32,000 bases of DNA from Candidatus Methylomirabilis limnetica (lineage in GTDB: Bacteria; Methylomirabilota; Methylomirabilia; Methylomirabilales; Methylomirabilaceae). The stretch covers positions 64,168 to 96,167 of the forward strand of contig NZ_NVQC01000028.1 in assembly GCF_003044035.1 (NCBI RefSeq), written 5' to 3'. Shown here piece after piece: positions 17,767 through 27,112 of this stretch (the stretch's first letter is position 1; each line of letters begins with the position of its first letter). A program made the position numbers and the translations under genes. The notes under the pieces were generated by a model. It was not told the origin of the DNA. It saw only the letters and a program-made list of their open reading frames with translations, and searched no databases.

Positions 17767-18789
17767 TTACTGAGATACGTGCGAGAGGTCCCCGTACGTC
17801 TTTTGGTAATACTCCCGATACTCCCCCGCTTTGATGCGCGTCCACCAGGTCACGTGATCCTCATACCAGCCGACCGTTTCCTTGAGCCCCGTCTCAAAGG
17901 GAATGCGAGGTCTCCAGCCCAGCTTTCGCTCCAACTTCGACATATCGAGGGCGTACCTTCGATCATGTCCGAGCCGGTCTTCGACGTGTACGATCAGAGA
18001 ATCGGGCTTACCCAGGGTCCTCAGGATATGGCGAGCTACGTCAATGTTGGCCCGCTCGCATTTGCCGCCGATATTATAAATCTCACCATTATGCCCATTC
18101 CTCAAAATCAGCGCCAACGCCTCGCAGTGGTCCTGCACGTGCAGCCACTCGCGGACCTGGAGGCCGTCGCCGTAAAGCGGAAGCGCTTCACCGGCAATGG
18201 CATTGGTGATAAAGAGCGGAACCGCCTTCTCTGGAAACTGGTAGGGACCATAGTTGTTGGAGCTCCGGGTGATGATCGCCGGTAACCCGTAGGTACGAAC
18301 GTAGGCCGCAACCAGAAGGTCTCCCGCCGCCTTGCTGGCGGCATAGGGGCTGTTTGGAGAGAGAGGGCTGTCTTCCCTAAAGTACCCTGAAGGCCCGAGC
18401 GAGCCATATACTTCATCAGTCGATACCTGCACCATCCTTGGAACCCGATGCCGACGGCACGCATCCAGAATGACCTGCGTCCCAAGCGTATTGGTCTCCA
18501 CGAATGCCCTCGCATCCTGGATACTTCGATCCACGTGCGATTCGGCCGCGAAGTTCATCAGCGCATCGAACCGCTCCTTCAAGATGGCGTCTACCAACTC
18601 AACGTCGCAGATACTCCCCTTGATAAATCGGTATCGAGGATCGCGCTCAACGTCGGCCAGATTCTCGAGGTTGCCGGCGTAGGTCAGCTTGTCGAGATTC
18701 ACGACGCCGCAATCCGGCTCTGTCGCGAGCATGTGGCGAATGAAGTTCGACCCGATAAATCCGGCTCCACCGGTCACCACGATTCTCAT
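17767..18789 (-). CDS. rfbB: dTDP-glucose 4,6-dehydratase
   Basis: VTGGAGFIGSNF, STDEVYG and YAASKAA motifs. 340 aa. Confidence 0.92.
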   Translation of the reverse strand: MRIVVTGGAGFIGSNFIRHMLATEPDCGVVNLDKLTYAGNLENLADVERDPRYRFIKGSICDVELVDAILKERFDALMNFAAESHVDRSIQDARAFVETNTLGTQVILDACRRHRVPRMVQVSTDEVYGSLGPSGYFREDSPLSPNSPYAASKAAGDLLVAAYVRTYGLPAIITRSSNNYGPYQFPEKAVPLFITNAIAGEALPLYGDGLQVREWLHVQDHCEALALILRNGHNGEIYNIGGKCERANIDVARHILRTLGKPDSLIVHVEDRLGHDRRYALDMSKLERKLGWRPRIPFETGLKETVGWYEDHVTWWTRIKAGEYREYYQKTYGDLSHVSQ

Positions 18790-18800
18790 TGTTCAAACAC

Positions 18801-18897
18801 GTTTCGAGTTTCGGGTTTCGGGTTCCAAGACGGACACGCATCTTCAGCCGTGGAACCCCGGCCTGGACTCGAAACTCGCAACTCGAAACTCGAAACT
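18801..18897. repeat. Heptamer-armed inverted repeat (GTTTCGA GTTTCGG GTTTCGG GTTCCAA ... ACTCGAA ACTCGCA ACTCGAA ACTCGAA)
   Basis: Read directly in the rfbC/rfbB spacer. The arms are reverse complements (TTCGAGT / ACTCGAA). Confidence 0.7.
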
Positions 18898-18901
18898 GGC
18901 T

Positions 18902-19363
18902 TCATCCCAGCTTCACTGCCCAATCGTATGGGATATCCGGACTGTCAGGGGGGATTCGAAACTCATCCGGCTCCTGGTAATTGTAGAGCTCGGTCGGGAA
19001 ATTCATAATCGCCGACATCCGGTCGCCTACCGCCTTGTACCCATGGATCACCAGGGGCGGGATCTTGACCAACATCGGATTCTGCTCACCGATGAAAAAC
19101 TCATTGAGCAAGCCTTTTGTGGGAGAGTTGTCGCGGGAATCGAACAGAACAACCTTGGACATTCCGAGGACCCCGACAAAGTGGTCGGTCTGTTTCTTAT
19201 GATAGTGCCACCCCTTCACCACCCCGGGATAGGCGGCAGTGATGTAGGCCTGCCCAAATCGCTCGAACTCCTCCCAGTCGCTGCGCAGCATCTCTGTAAG
19301 GAAACCTCTCTCATCAGGAACCCGCCGTAGCTGTCTAGTTTTCACACCATCAATAAGCATCAT
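18902..19363 (-). CDS. rfbC: dTDP-4-dehydrorhamnose 3,5-epimerase-like cupin (short form)
   Basis: DERGFLTE, KGWHYHKKQTD and PPLVIHGY motifs. ATG at 19363 or 19360 (19366 is GTG). Confidence 0.8.
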   Translation of the reverse strand: MMLIDGVKTRQLRRVPDERGFLTEMLRSDWEEFERFGQAYITAAYPGVVKGWHYHKKQTDHFVGVLGMSKVVLFDSRDNSPTKGLLNEFFIGEQNPMLVKIPPLVIHGYKAVGDRMSAIMNFPTELYNYQEPDEFRIPPDSPDIPYDWAVKLG

Positions 19364-19370
19364 CACCCCT

Positions 19371-19412
19371 CAACCTTGAACCTTGCACGTTGAACCTTGA
19401 ACGTTGAACTTT
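19371..19412. repeat. Six phased heptamers CAACCTT GAACCTT GCACGTT GAACCTT GAACGTT GAACTTT
   Basis: Read directly. The array fills the rfbA/rfbC spacer almost completely. Confidence 0.7.
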
Positions 19413-19413
19413 T

Positions 19414-20478
19414 TTACACCAACCCCACCTGGCTGCTATCCCCGAGCATCAGTCGATAGGCCTTCGGTTTCCCGTCAGACCGGAACACCTCGACGTTCTT
19501 TCCGATGAGACTATCCTCCAACCTCCCGCCGATATCGGTAATGCGGCACTGGTCGAGGATGATGCTATGCTCGATCTCACTATTCTGCACCAGTGTGTCA
19601 TGATATATGGAGGTGAACGGCCCAATGTAGGAGTTGATGATGCGGCAGCGCCTGCCGATGATTGCCGGCCCTCGAATGGTGCTGGCCGTAACGCTCGCCC
19701 CCTGCTCCACGATCACCTTTCCGATAAGGTGTGAGGCCTCGTCCACTTCTCCCTCTACCCTGGGGGTGATCGCCTCCAACATGATCCTATTTGCCTCGAG
19801 CATGTCTTCAAGCTTCCCCGTATCTTTCCACCAGCGGCTGATGATATGGGGATGGACCTGATATCCTTTGTCGATCAGATACTGGATGGCGTCGGTGATC
19901 TCCAACTCGCCCCGCGCCGAAGGCTGTATGGCATGAACCGCCTCAAAGATCGTCTGGTCGAACATATAGACACCCACGAGCGCCAGATCGCTTTTAGGGT
20001 GCGCCGGCTTCTCCTCCAGAGAGATTACCTGACCATCTCGAAGCTCCGCCACCCCGAACCGCTGTGGATCGCGAACCCTTGCCAGAAGGATCTGAGAGTT
20101 GGCGCCCGACCGCTCGAACTCTTCTACCAGGGAGCAAATCCCGTCCTTGATCAGGTTATCTCCCAGATACATCACGAAGGGATGATTCCCCAGAAACGGC
20201 TCAGCGATCTTGACTGCATGGGCGAGTCCAAGGGGCGCTTCTTGCTCGATATATGAGACCTCGATGCCCCATTGCGCCCCGTCCCCCACCGCCCCCTGAA
20301 TCTCACGCTTCGTGTCGCCAACCACGATCCCAACCTCCCGGATCTTGGCCGCCGCCATTGCTTCCAGCGCATAGAAGAGGATCGGTTTGTTGGCGATAGG
20401 CACGAGCTGCTTGGCGCTGGTGTGGGTGATCGGACGCAGGCGGGTCCCCTTGCCTCCGCTCAAGATCAATGCCTTCAT
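19414..20478 (-). CDS. rfbA: Glucose-1-phosphate thymidylyltransferase, long form with C-terminal left-handed beta-helix
   Basis: MKALILSGGKGTRLRPITHTSAKQLVPIANKP, with hexapeptide-repeat-like C-terminal third. Confidence 0.9.
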   Translation of the reverse strand: MKALILSGGKGTRLRPITHTSAKQLVPIANKPILFYALEAMAAAKIREVGIVVGDTKREIQGAVGDGAQWGIEVSYIEQEAPLGLAHAVKIAEPFLGNHPFVMYLGDNLIKDGICSLVEEFERSGANSQILLARVRDPQRFGVAELRDGQVISLEEKPAHPKSDLALVGVYMFDQTIFEAVHAIQPSARGELEITDAIQYLIDKGYQVHPHIISRWWKDTGKLEDMLEANRIMLEAITPRVEGEVDEASHLIGKVIVEQGASVTASTIRGPAIIGRRCRIINSYIGPFTSIYHDTLVQNSEIEHSIILDQCRITDIGGRLEDSLIGKNVEVFRSDGKPKAYRLMLGDSSQVGLV

Positions 20479-20597
20479 GGGATTTCCTTGGTCACACTCA
20501 ACTCCACTCCATCACACAGGACGATACGTAATGAGTGTTACCGATATTGAAGTCTGATCTGGCGAGAAGATTCAACGCTTTTTGTAAGACGGAGGGA

Positions 20598-20626
20598 ATT
20601 GTACGGAAGGAGACTCGGCTTGTCAA
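20598..20626 (-). promoter_or_regulatory. Consensus sigma70 promoter TTGACA-N17-TACAAT for the rfbA operon
   Basis: Both hexamers and the 17-nt spacer were counted on the minus strand, about 115 nt upstream of the rfbA ATG. Confidence 0.45.
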
Positions 20627-20675
20627 TTTTGAAATATTCGGCTACTGCGAGTGGAGAAAAAACGTAACTACCCAA

Positions 20676-20838
20676 GTGTTTAGGCTGAAGGCTGTTAGTC
20701 TTTGCGCATGGACCGAATCAAGGAGTCCAGAACCTTTTCGATCTCCATTATTTTCGCGTCGCATTCGGAGACGCCTGGCTCATCCGTGCGCGTTCCTACA
20801 GTCTAAAAGACTACAGTCTATCTACCTCAGTAGTTACG
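20676..20838 (+). repeat. ~165-bp repeat, copy 2 (twin at 15912-16083)
   Basis: See copy 1. Same orientation. It lies just upstream (in operon sense) of the rfbA promoter. Confidence 0.85.
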
Positions 20839-20886
20839 ATGAGTCAACAGAGTGGCAGAGCAGACGCGTTGTAAGTAGTCAGTCGC

Positions 20887-22506
20887 TTACTTCCCTTCAG
20901 ACGAGGTCTCGCACCCACCTACATAGCCTCGCTCAGCCAGGTGCCTTTCGATATCCTCTTTCGCAAAGCCGATTCGTCGAGCGACTTTATCGGCATGGCT
21001 CACTCGTGAGATCCCCTCGATCAACCGATGGGTTGGGGAGCCATGGATAAATTCTGCCTGGCGATACGATCCAACATCTCTTTGTTGAAACTGCTCCGCC
21101 AACTCGTGATTGTGGGTAACCAGGATCGTATTATTGCCGACTTGGTAAAATCCACCGAGGATGGTGCGGGAGATTTCCAGCTTCTCTTGATAGGTGGTTC
21201 CTTCCGCCAGTTCATCCAGAACGACCAGGCTTCTGGGCGACGATGCGAAAAAGATGGCTTTCGTGCGTTGTAACTCCGTCCCGAATCTCCCCTCCCGATC
21301 AGCCAGCGAGTTGCTTTCCGGAACCTGATAGAAGATCCGATCAGCCACCGAGACCTGCGCCTGTTCGGCAGGCACATAGCAACCGATCTGCGCCAACAGT
21401 TGCACCTGGGCAATGGTTTTACAGCAAGCGGTCTTCCCGCCTCCGTTTGGGCCGGTAATAAACGTCAATCGAGCCCCGTTCAGGTTGATATCGTTGGGTA
21501 CGTAATCGACATTCCCTTTTCCCAGGATAGGGTTTCTGACCGTTTTCAAGACCATCGCGTGCTGATCTGATTCGATGAGCGTCGGTAAAACGGTAGAACT
21601 CCCGAAGGCCTTGGCATAGCGGTGAAAGGACAGCAGCTCATCGATCTGCCCCAAAGCCTCTAATGCCTGCTGCACATCGCGTGAGTCTCTATACCCATCC
21701 CGCAAGGGATAGATGATACTGTCCCGGTCAAAACCTCCGATGAGAGGTCCATACAGCAGGAGTGAGGGGAGTAAGACAACCATCAAGACGGGCATCGCGT
21801 GTCGGGAGACCCCAAGAGCTGGGGCGTAATGTAGCAGGAGACCCATGGCAATCAAGAGCGTGATAATCAATCGTGGCTTGAAGAGGGTTGGTCTGAATTT
21901 GATGGCAGGGGCCAGTAACCACTTTTCAGCCTTCGTCCTGATTGCCCTTTCCGTCAGGTAGACAGGCCCTTTCATCAAGGCATGCGATCGCGTGGAACCA
22001 AACGCCTTGAGAGCTTCGAGACGCGCTCGAAGATAGGGGCTTTCGGGTGTGGGCAGGCCTTGGGCGCCCTTGACGAGATCGAGCATGAGCTTCGTCCCTT
22101 GCCGGTACGTTGCATGCCCAAAGCTCCCTGTCTCCATTTTGCCCAGGGGATTCCCGAAGGTGCCGACAAAGGTCCCAAACAGCAGTCGGTAAAATTCCTC
22201 CTCATATTTTGCGGCATGCTGCACCAACCCCTCGACTTGTATCCTCAGATCAGCCTTCGAGTCCAGCTCTTTGAGCGCGTCCTGCTTGGCCGTGATGGCC
22301 TCGACCGAATTCAACGGGTGGGCTAATGAGCGGTAAAGCGTTGCTTGCCCGACAACGGTACTGGCGCAATTGACAGCATCAAAGAGTCGATCGACTTCTA
22401 TAGTGTTGAACGTGCTCTCATCGAGCACGCCTTCTCCAGTTTTCGCCGCCCTGGCCGAACGAACCGATAGATCCTTGCCGATGGCTGTCAGAAGAGGTTC
22501 ATGCAT
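20887..22506 (-). CDS. MutS-family ATPase paralog (domain V only) with internal transmembrane segments
   Basis: Walker A FITGPNGGGKT, LVVLDELAEGT and the signature THNHEL. Hydrophobic stretch LIITLLIAMGLLLHY...VLMVVLLPSLLLYGPLIGGF. ATG 22506 with GGGAG SD is preferred over the TTG at 22539. Confidence 0.8.
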   Translation of the reverse strand: MHEPLLTAIGKDLSVRSARAAKTGEGVLDESTFNTIEVDRLFDAVNCASTVVGQATLYRSLAHPLNSVEAITAKQDALKELDSKADLRIQVEGLVQHAAKYEEEFYRLLFGTFVGTFGNPLGKMETGSFGHATYRQGTKLMLDLVKGAQGLPTPESPYLRARLEALKAFGSTRSHALMKGPVYLTERAIRTKAEKWLLAPAIKFRPTLFKPRLIITLLIAMGLLLHYAPALGVSRHAMPVLMVVLLPSLLLYGPLIGGFDRDSIIYPLRDGYRDSRDVQQALEALGQIDELLSFHRYAKAFGSSTVLPTLIESDQHAMVLKTVRNPILGKGNVDYVPNDINLNGARLTFITGPNGGGKTACCKTIAQVQLLAQIGCYVPAEQAQVSVADRIFYQVPESNSLADREGRFGTELQRTKAIFFASSPRSLVVLDELAEGTTYQEKLEISRTILGGFYQVGNNTILVTHNHELAEQFQQRDVGSYRQAEFIHGSPTHRLIEGISRVSHADKVARRIGFAKEDIERHLAERGYVGGCETSSEGK

Positions 22507-22531
22507 CCACACACTCCCATCGCGCCAGTGA

Positions 22532-23392
22532 CTAGGCAAACACCACGGTTTTGTTGCCGTACACCAGCACCTTGTCCTCCAAGTGCCAGGTGACGGCCCG
22601 CGCCAGCACCATCCGCTCCACGTGGCGGCCGATCCGCTTCAGGTCCTCCACGTTGTTGCGGTGATCTACCCGCTCCACATCCTGCTCGATGATCGGCCCG
22701 GCATCCAGCGTTTCGGTAGCGTAATGCGCCGTGGCGCCAATCAATTTGACCCCACGAGAGTACGCCTGTGCATAGGGATCCGCCCCGACAAAGGCCGGCA
22801 AAAAGCTGTGGTGGATGTTGATAATCCGGTTGGGAAAGCGTCGGATAAAAGATGGCGAGAGGATTCGCATATACCGGGCCATGACAATCAAGTCAACCTT
22901 GCCTTCGACCAGTTGAAGCTGTGCGGCCTCGGCTTGATCTTGTCTCTCCCGCGTAACCGCGATGTGGTGAAAGGGAATGCCGTAGGCCTCTACAAGTCCG
23001 CGCAGGTCGGTGTGATTGCTCACCACCATGGCGATGTCAGCGACCATTTCTTTAGCCCTCCACCGCCAGAGCAACTCCAGCAGGCAGTGGTCCTCCTTCG
23101 ACGCAAAGATGGCCATGGGCTTGAGGCGGGCAGCGTACGCCAACTTCCAATCCATCTGGAACCGGCTGGCGATCGGCTCGAGGGCTCTCGTGAGTGAAGC
23201 GCCACGGCTGTCCAACTCCGGGAGGTCGAACTCGATCCGCATGAAGAAGACGCCCCCTGCCGGGTCGGTGGTATGCTGGTCCGAGTGCACAATATTGGCG
23301 CCCTGTTCACACAAGCACTGCGAGACGGCCGCAACGATGCCTGGACGGTCAGGACACGAGATAAGCAGGCGGGCACGAGCGCTCGACGTCAT
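22532..23392 (-). CDS. purU: Formyltetrahydrofolate deformylase
   Basis: N-terminal ACT domain ([16 protein letters not shown]) and formyltransferase core ([10 protein letters not shown]). ATG 23392 is preceded by GGAGGAG. The longer track ORF is an extension. Confidence 0.9.
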   Translation of the reverse strand: MTSSARARLLISCPDRPGIVAAVSQCLCEQGANIVHSDQHTTDPAGGVFFMRIEFDLPELDSRGASLTRALEPIASRFQMDWKLAYAARLKPMAIFASKEDHCLLELLWRWRAKEMVADIAMVVSNHTDLRGLVEAYGIPFHHIAVTRERQDQAEAAQLQLVEGKVDLIVMARYMRILSPSFIRRFPNRIINIHHSFLPAFVGADPYAQAYSRGVKLIGATAHYATETLDAGPIIEQDVERVDHRNNVEDLKRIGRHVERMVLARAVTWHLEDKVLVYGNKTVVFA

Positions 23393-23749
23393 AAGCTCTC
23401 CTCCATTCAGAACCGCAACAGAAGAAGCGTCGTCCAATGCGAGAATAGAAGGTTCTTCCGGCATTAGCGTGGGTACGAGGGGGATCAATATCCCTTCCGG
23501 GGAAGAGGGTAGCTGTGTCCCTCCCCCTCAGTGGGGGGAGGGGATGCTGGAAGGCCCGGGTACCCACGGAACACCCGGAAGAACCGAATAGAATAGGGAG
23601 TCCGGGGATGGCCTATACGCGTGAATTGAAACGAGAAGCGGTCGAACGCGTCGGGGGCGAGTAATGGCAGGCGCTCATTGCGCACCACGTAGACACCTAT
23701 CCCGCGAGTCGGTCCACGCCGGGGGATGTCTGTCGATTAGAAGCGGAGT

Positions 23750-25252
23750 CTATCGCTTCCCCTTGGCAAAGCGCCCTTCCCACTGCACGCCAGGGGCGTT
23801 GGGATCAGTAGAAATGTTGAGCTCGTAGTTGAACTGACCCATAAGGTATTCATGGACGTACCCGGCAGCCTGCTTTGCCTGCCCCATGGCCAGGATGACC
23901 GTGGAGCCGCCGGTAACGACGTCGCCACCCGCGAAGACCCCCTTTTTGCTCGTGTGGTAGGTCGTGTGGTCCACCATGACGACACCCCACTTGTTGACCC
24001 GAAGCCCTGGCGTCATGCTGGGGATGACCGGGTTCACCTCGCACCCTAATGAGAAGACTACCGTATCCACCTCATCGATGAAGTACTCGCCGGTTGGGAG
24101 GGGCTTTCTTCTGCCGGACTCATCCGGTTCGGACAGCCTCATCACCTCGCACTTGATGGCTTTGACGAAGTAGCGCTCGTCGCCGATGAACTCCACAGGG
24201 CTGGAGAGCCACTTGAAGTCGATGAACTCCTGCTCGGCATGCTCCAACTCCTCCGTCCTGGCCGGGGCCTCCTCATGGGAGCGGCGGTAGTAGCAGGTAA
24301 CATCCGCCCCAAGTCTCTTCCCGGTGCGGAGCACATCCATGGCGGTGTTGCCCGCACCGATGACCGCCATCTTCTTACCCTGGTAGAGGGGCGTGGAAGC
24401 GCGTGGAAACTCGTTGGCGTTCATCAGGTAGATTCGGGTGAGGTACTCGTTGGCGGAATAGACACCATTCAGGTTTTCGCCGGGGATGCCCAGCATCTTT
24501 GGCAAGCCTGCGCCGGTGCCGATGAACACCGCATCGAACCCTTCCTTTTCCAGAAGGTCCTCGATGGTGAGGATCTTACCGATCACCATGTTATAGACGA
24601 ACTCCACTCCCATATCTTCAAGCAGCTTGAGATCTTCGTCGATGACCTCCAGTGGCAGGCGGAACCGGGGGATACCGTATACCATCACACCCCCGCCCCG
24701 ATGGAATGCCTCGAACACCGTGATCTCGTGACCGCGGGTGCGAAGCTCGTAGGCGCAGGTAAGCCCCGCTGGACCGGCGCCGATGATAGCCACTCGCTTG
24801 CCGGTGGGAGGTGGGATGACCGGAGTACGGTCCAGCTTGTGCTCCCGCTCGTAGTCCGCCACATACCGCTCCAGGTTGCCGATACCCACCGGGTCATTCT
24901 TCTTGCCTACGATACACACCGCTTCGCACTGCTTGTCCTGGGGACACACCCGCCCACATGCGGCGGGGAGGAAGTTGGTCTCCCGAATCTTTCCAGCCGC
25001 GCCAGCGATATCCCCCGCTTCAACCAGTTTGATGAAGGCAGGGATGTCAATGCCCACTGGGCACGCGGGTACGCATTCCGGCTTCTTGCACTGAATGCAT
25101 CGTATAGCCTCGTCCATGGCCTGCTCTCGTGAGTAGCCGATGGGCACCTCCGTCCAACTGAGAATGCGCAACTCTGCCGGATGCAAGGGCATAAGATTGC
25201 GAGGCTTCTTTATCCGCTCCTTTGAACTTAATCCCTTAGTTGCTTCTGCCAT
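23750..25252 (-). CDS. GltD-family NAD(P)H oxidoreductase (glutamate synthase small-subunit-like; NfnB/SudA-type)
   Basis: Two Cys clusters (CIQCKKPECVPACP; CGRVCPQDKQCEAVC), GAGPAGL and GAGNTAMD dinucleotide folds. Confidence 0.9.
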   Translation of the reverse strand: MAEATKGLSSKERIKKPRNLMPLHPAELRILSWTEVPIGYSREQAMDEAIRCIQCKKPECVPACPVGIDIPAFIKLVEAGDIAGAAGKIRETNFLPAACGRVCPQDKQCEAVCIVGKKNDPVGIGNLERYVADYEREHKLDRTPVIPPPTGKRVAIIGAGPAGLTCAYELRTRGHEITVFEAFHRGGGVMVYGIPRFRLPLEVIDEDLKLLEDMGVEFVYNMVIGKILTIEDLLEKEGFDAVFIGTGAGLPKMLGIPGENLNGVYSANEYLTRIYLMNANEFPRASTPLYQGKKMAVIGAGNTAMDVLRTGKRLGADVTCYYRRSHEEAPARTEELEHAEQEFIDFKWLSSPVEFIGDERYFVKAIKCEVMRLSEPDESGRRKPLPTGEYFIDEVDTVVFSLGCEVNPVIPSMTPGLRVNKWGVVMVDHTTYHTSKKGVFAGGDVVTGGSTVILAMGQAKQAAGYVHEYLMGQFNYELNISTDPNAPGVQWEGRFAKGKR

Positions 25253-25267
25253 ATTCGCGCCTCTCCC

Positions 25268-26914
25268 TTATCGCTGCATCGCCTCGAAGGCGATCTTTTC
25301 TTGTGCCACGAACATCTGCTGACGCTTCACCAGCTCGCCAAAGTCCACCTGGTACGCGTTAAAATCCGGCCCGTGATAGCAGGCGAACCTGGTTTTGCCG
25401 CCCACCGTCACCCGGCAGGCACCGCACATGCCGGTGCCGTCCACCATGATGGCGTTCAGCGAGACCCATGCTTCTATTCCCTTCCCCTCCGTCACCTTGG
25501 CGACGGCCATCATCATCGGCACGGGGCCGACCGCCAAAACCATGGACACCTTCTCCCTCTCCATGATCTTCTCCAGCGCATGGGTGACGAAGCCTTGAAT
25601 ACCAACCGACCCGTCATTGGTGGTGACGAATACCTCGTCGCACACCGCCTTAAGTTCGTCCACCAGTATCAGCAGGTCCTTCGTGCGGGCGCCCACTATG
25701 CCGTAGACCTTATTGCCGAGCTGCCTCAAATCCCGTGCCGTGGGAATGACGGCGCCCGTACCGTAGCCGCCGCCGAGCACCACGCAGGCCCCCTCATATT
25801 TGGCAACATGGGAGCGCTGGCCCAGCGGCCCGACGACGTCCTGGATACTGTCGCCTACGTTTTTCATCGTGGCCTCGGTGGATGTCCTGCCGGCAGCCAT
25901 AATGACGAGTTCGAGATACCCCTTTTCCCTGTCCCATCCGGCGATGGAGAGGGGGATGCGCTCACTGTCAAGGTTGGGACGGATGATGATGAACTGCCCG
26001 GCCTGTATCTTTTTCGCGAGAAGCGGCGCGTTCACCTTAAAGTAGTAGGTGTTGGCGCACAGTTCTCGCTTTTCAAGTATCGTAAAATCCTGGTGGTACC
26101 TGCCCCTGGATGGGTTCTCGCTCTCTTTAGAGCTGCCATGGCAGTAGTGCAGTTGATGTTCAGCCTCACTGCGAACGATAAAGGCATCGTCCCAGTCGAA
26201 GTGATCCATTCCGAGGATGGCACGAAGAGCATTGTGGCTTTTCTCCACCTGCCCCGACGTGAAATAGGAGTGGCGAACGCCTTTCCCTATGGCGCGCACG
26301 GCATGCCTGCGAACAAGGGCCGACGGATCTGAAAGGCCGACGAACAGCTTATCGAACAGCGTCGACCGGTCCGCGTCACTGATCGTTTCGGGGGCAATGC
26401 GGTTGAAAATCCGCCCCATACAGTAAAAGGCGGCGGACTTCACCTGCTTATTGGCAGACCCTGCGCACCTCAAGGCCTCAGGCAGGACCCTGGCAATGGC
26501 CGGATCGGTGAAATGTCCCGCCGCCAACAGGAGGTTGATCTGAGAATAGTCGTCGCCCTTGCTCGTGTCGAACCGGGAAAGAAGCAGATCTACGGCAGGT
26601 GCGCCGATGCGCCCTAAGGCGCCGGCGAAATGCTCCGCCGATTCCGCATCAGCCTCAACAAGTTGCTCAATAGTCCATCCAGCCACCTCTACGCCAAGGG
26701 AGGCCAGGATCAACTCGCTCTGATCAATGAGTTGAGAAAGTTCCTCATCGCCGGAGGGGTCCCGGTAAAAGGTAGTGGAGATCGCTGCTGCCAACTCCTG
26801 CTTTTCCTCGTAAGAGAGGTCGGAAAGCGTAGAGACCTCCGCCAGGGCGGCCTTCAACTGGTCAGTGTTCTGGGACGAGATGTTCGCTGTAATGCTGTTG
26901 ATTCTATTTGTCAT
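25268..26914 (-). CDS. NfnA/SudB/PyrK-like FAD/[2Fe-2S] electron-transfer subunit with ~265-aa HEAT-like N-terminal extension
   Basis: The C-terminal ~285 aa have RIPLSIAG, GPLG and GTGMCGACRV motifs. The N-terminal part contains LSDPSALVRRHAVRAIGK-type repeats. ATG 26914 or GTG 26944. 15-nt gap and GGGAGAGG SD before the downstream gltD-like gene. Confidence 0.8.
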   Translation of the reverse strand: MTNRINSITANISSQNTDQLKAALAEVSTLSDLSYEEKQELAAAISTTFYRDPSGDEELSQLIDQSELILASLGVEVAGWTIEQLVEADAESAEHFAGALGRIGAPAVDLLLSRFDTSKGDDYSQINLLLAAGHFTDPAIARVLPEALRCAGSANKQVKSAAFYCMGRIFNRIAPETISDADRSTLFDKLFVGLSDPSALVRRHAVRAIGKGVRHSYFTSGQVEKSHNALRAILGMDHFDWDDAFIVRSEAEHQLHYCHGSSKESENPSRGRYHQDFTILEKRELCANTYYFKVNAPLLAKKIQAGQFIIIRPNLDSERIPLSIAGWDREKGYLELVIMAAGRTSTEATMKNVGDSIQDVVGPLGQRSHVAKYEGACVVLGGGYGTGAVIPTARDLRQLGNKVYGIVGARTKDLLILVDELKAVCDEVFVTTNDGSVGIQGFVTHALEKIMEREKVSMVLAVGPVPMMMAVAKVTEGKGIEAWVSLNAIMVDGTGMCGACRVTVGGKTRFACYHGPDFNAYQVDFGELVKRQQMFVAQEKIAFEAMQR

Positions 26915-27112
26915 CGCGACAAGCTTCCTCCAAAGATCCTTCACCTCTTACACTTTTACTATGCTTTGGGCAAGAATTCCCCACTGATGATACACGAAAG
27001 TTTACCTGTTCACAACCAAATCTGCAATCCCAAGGTAACCATTCAGTTACGGGTGGAAAATCTCCCCCCGGCTTAACACATGCCGGGGCAGGCCCGCATG
27101 GGCAGGCTCTAA

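Noticed and set aside
23618-23674. 18-codon ORF MAYTRELKREAVERVGGE* resembling the N-terminus of IS3-family OrfA (Y..E.K.EAV..V).
   Set aside because: It is too short to be distinguished from chance, and no further transposase sequence or inverted repeats lie nearby. It is noted only as a possible relic in the purU/gltD spacer.
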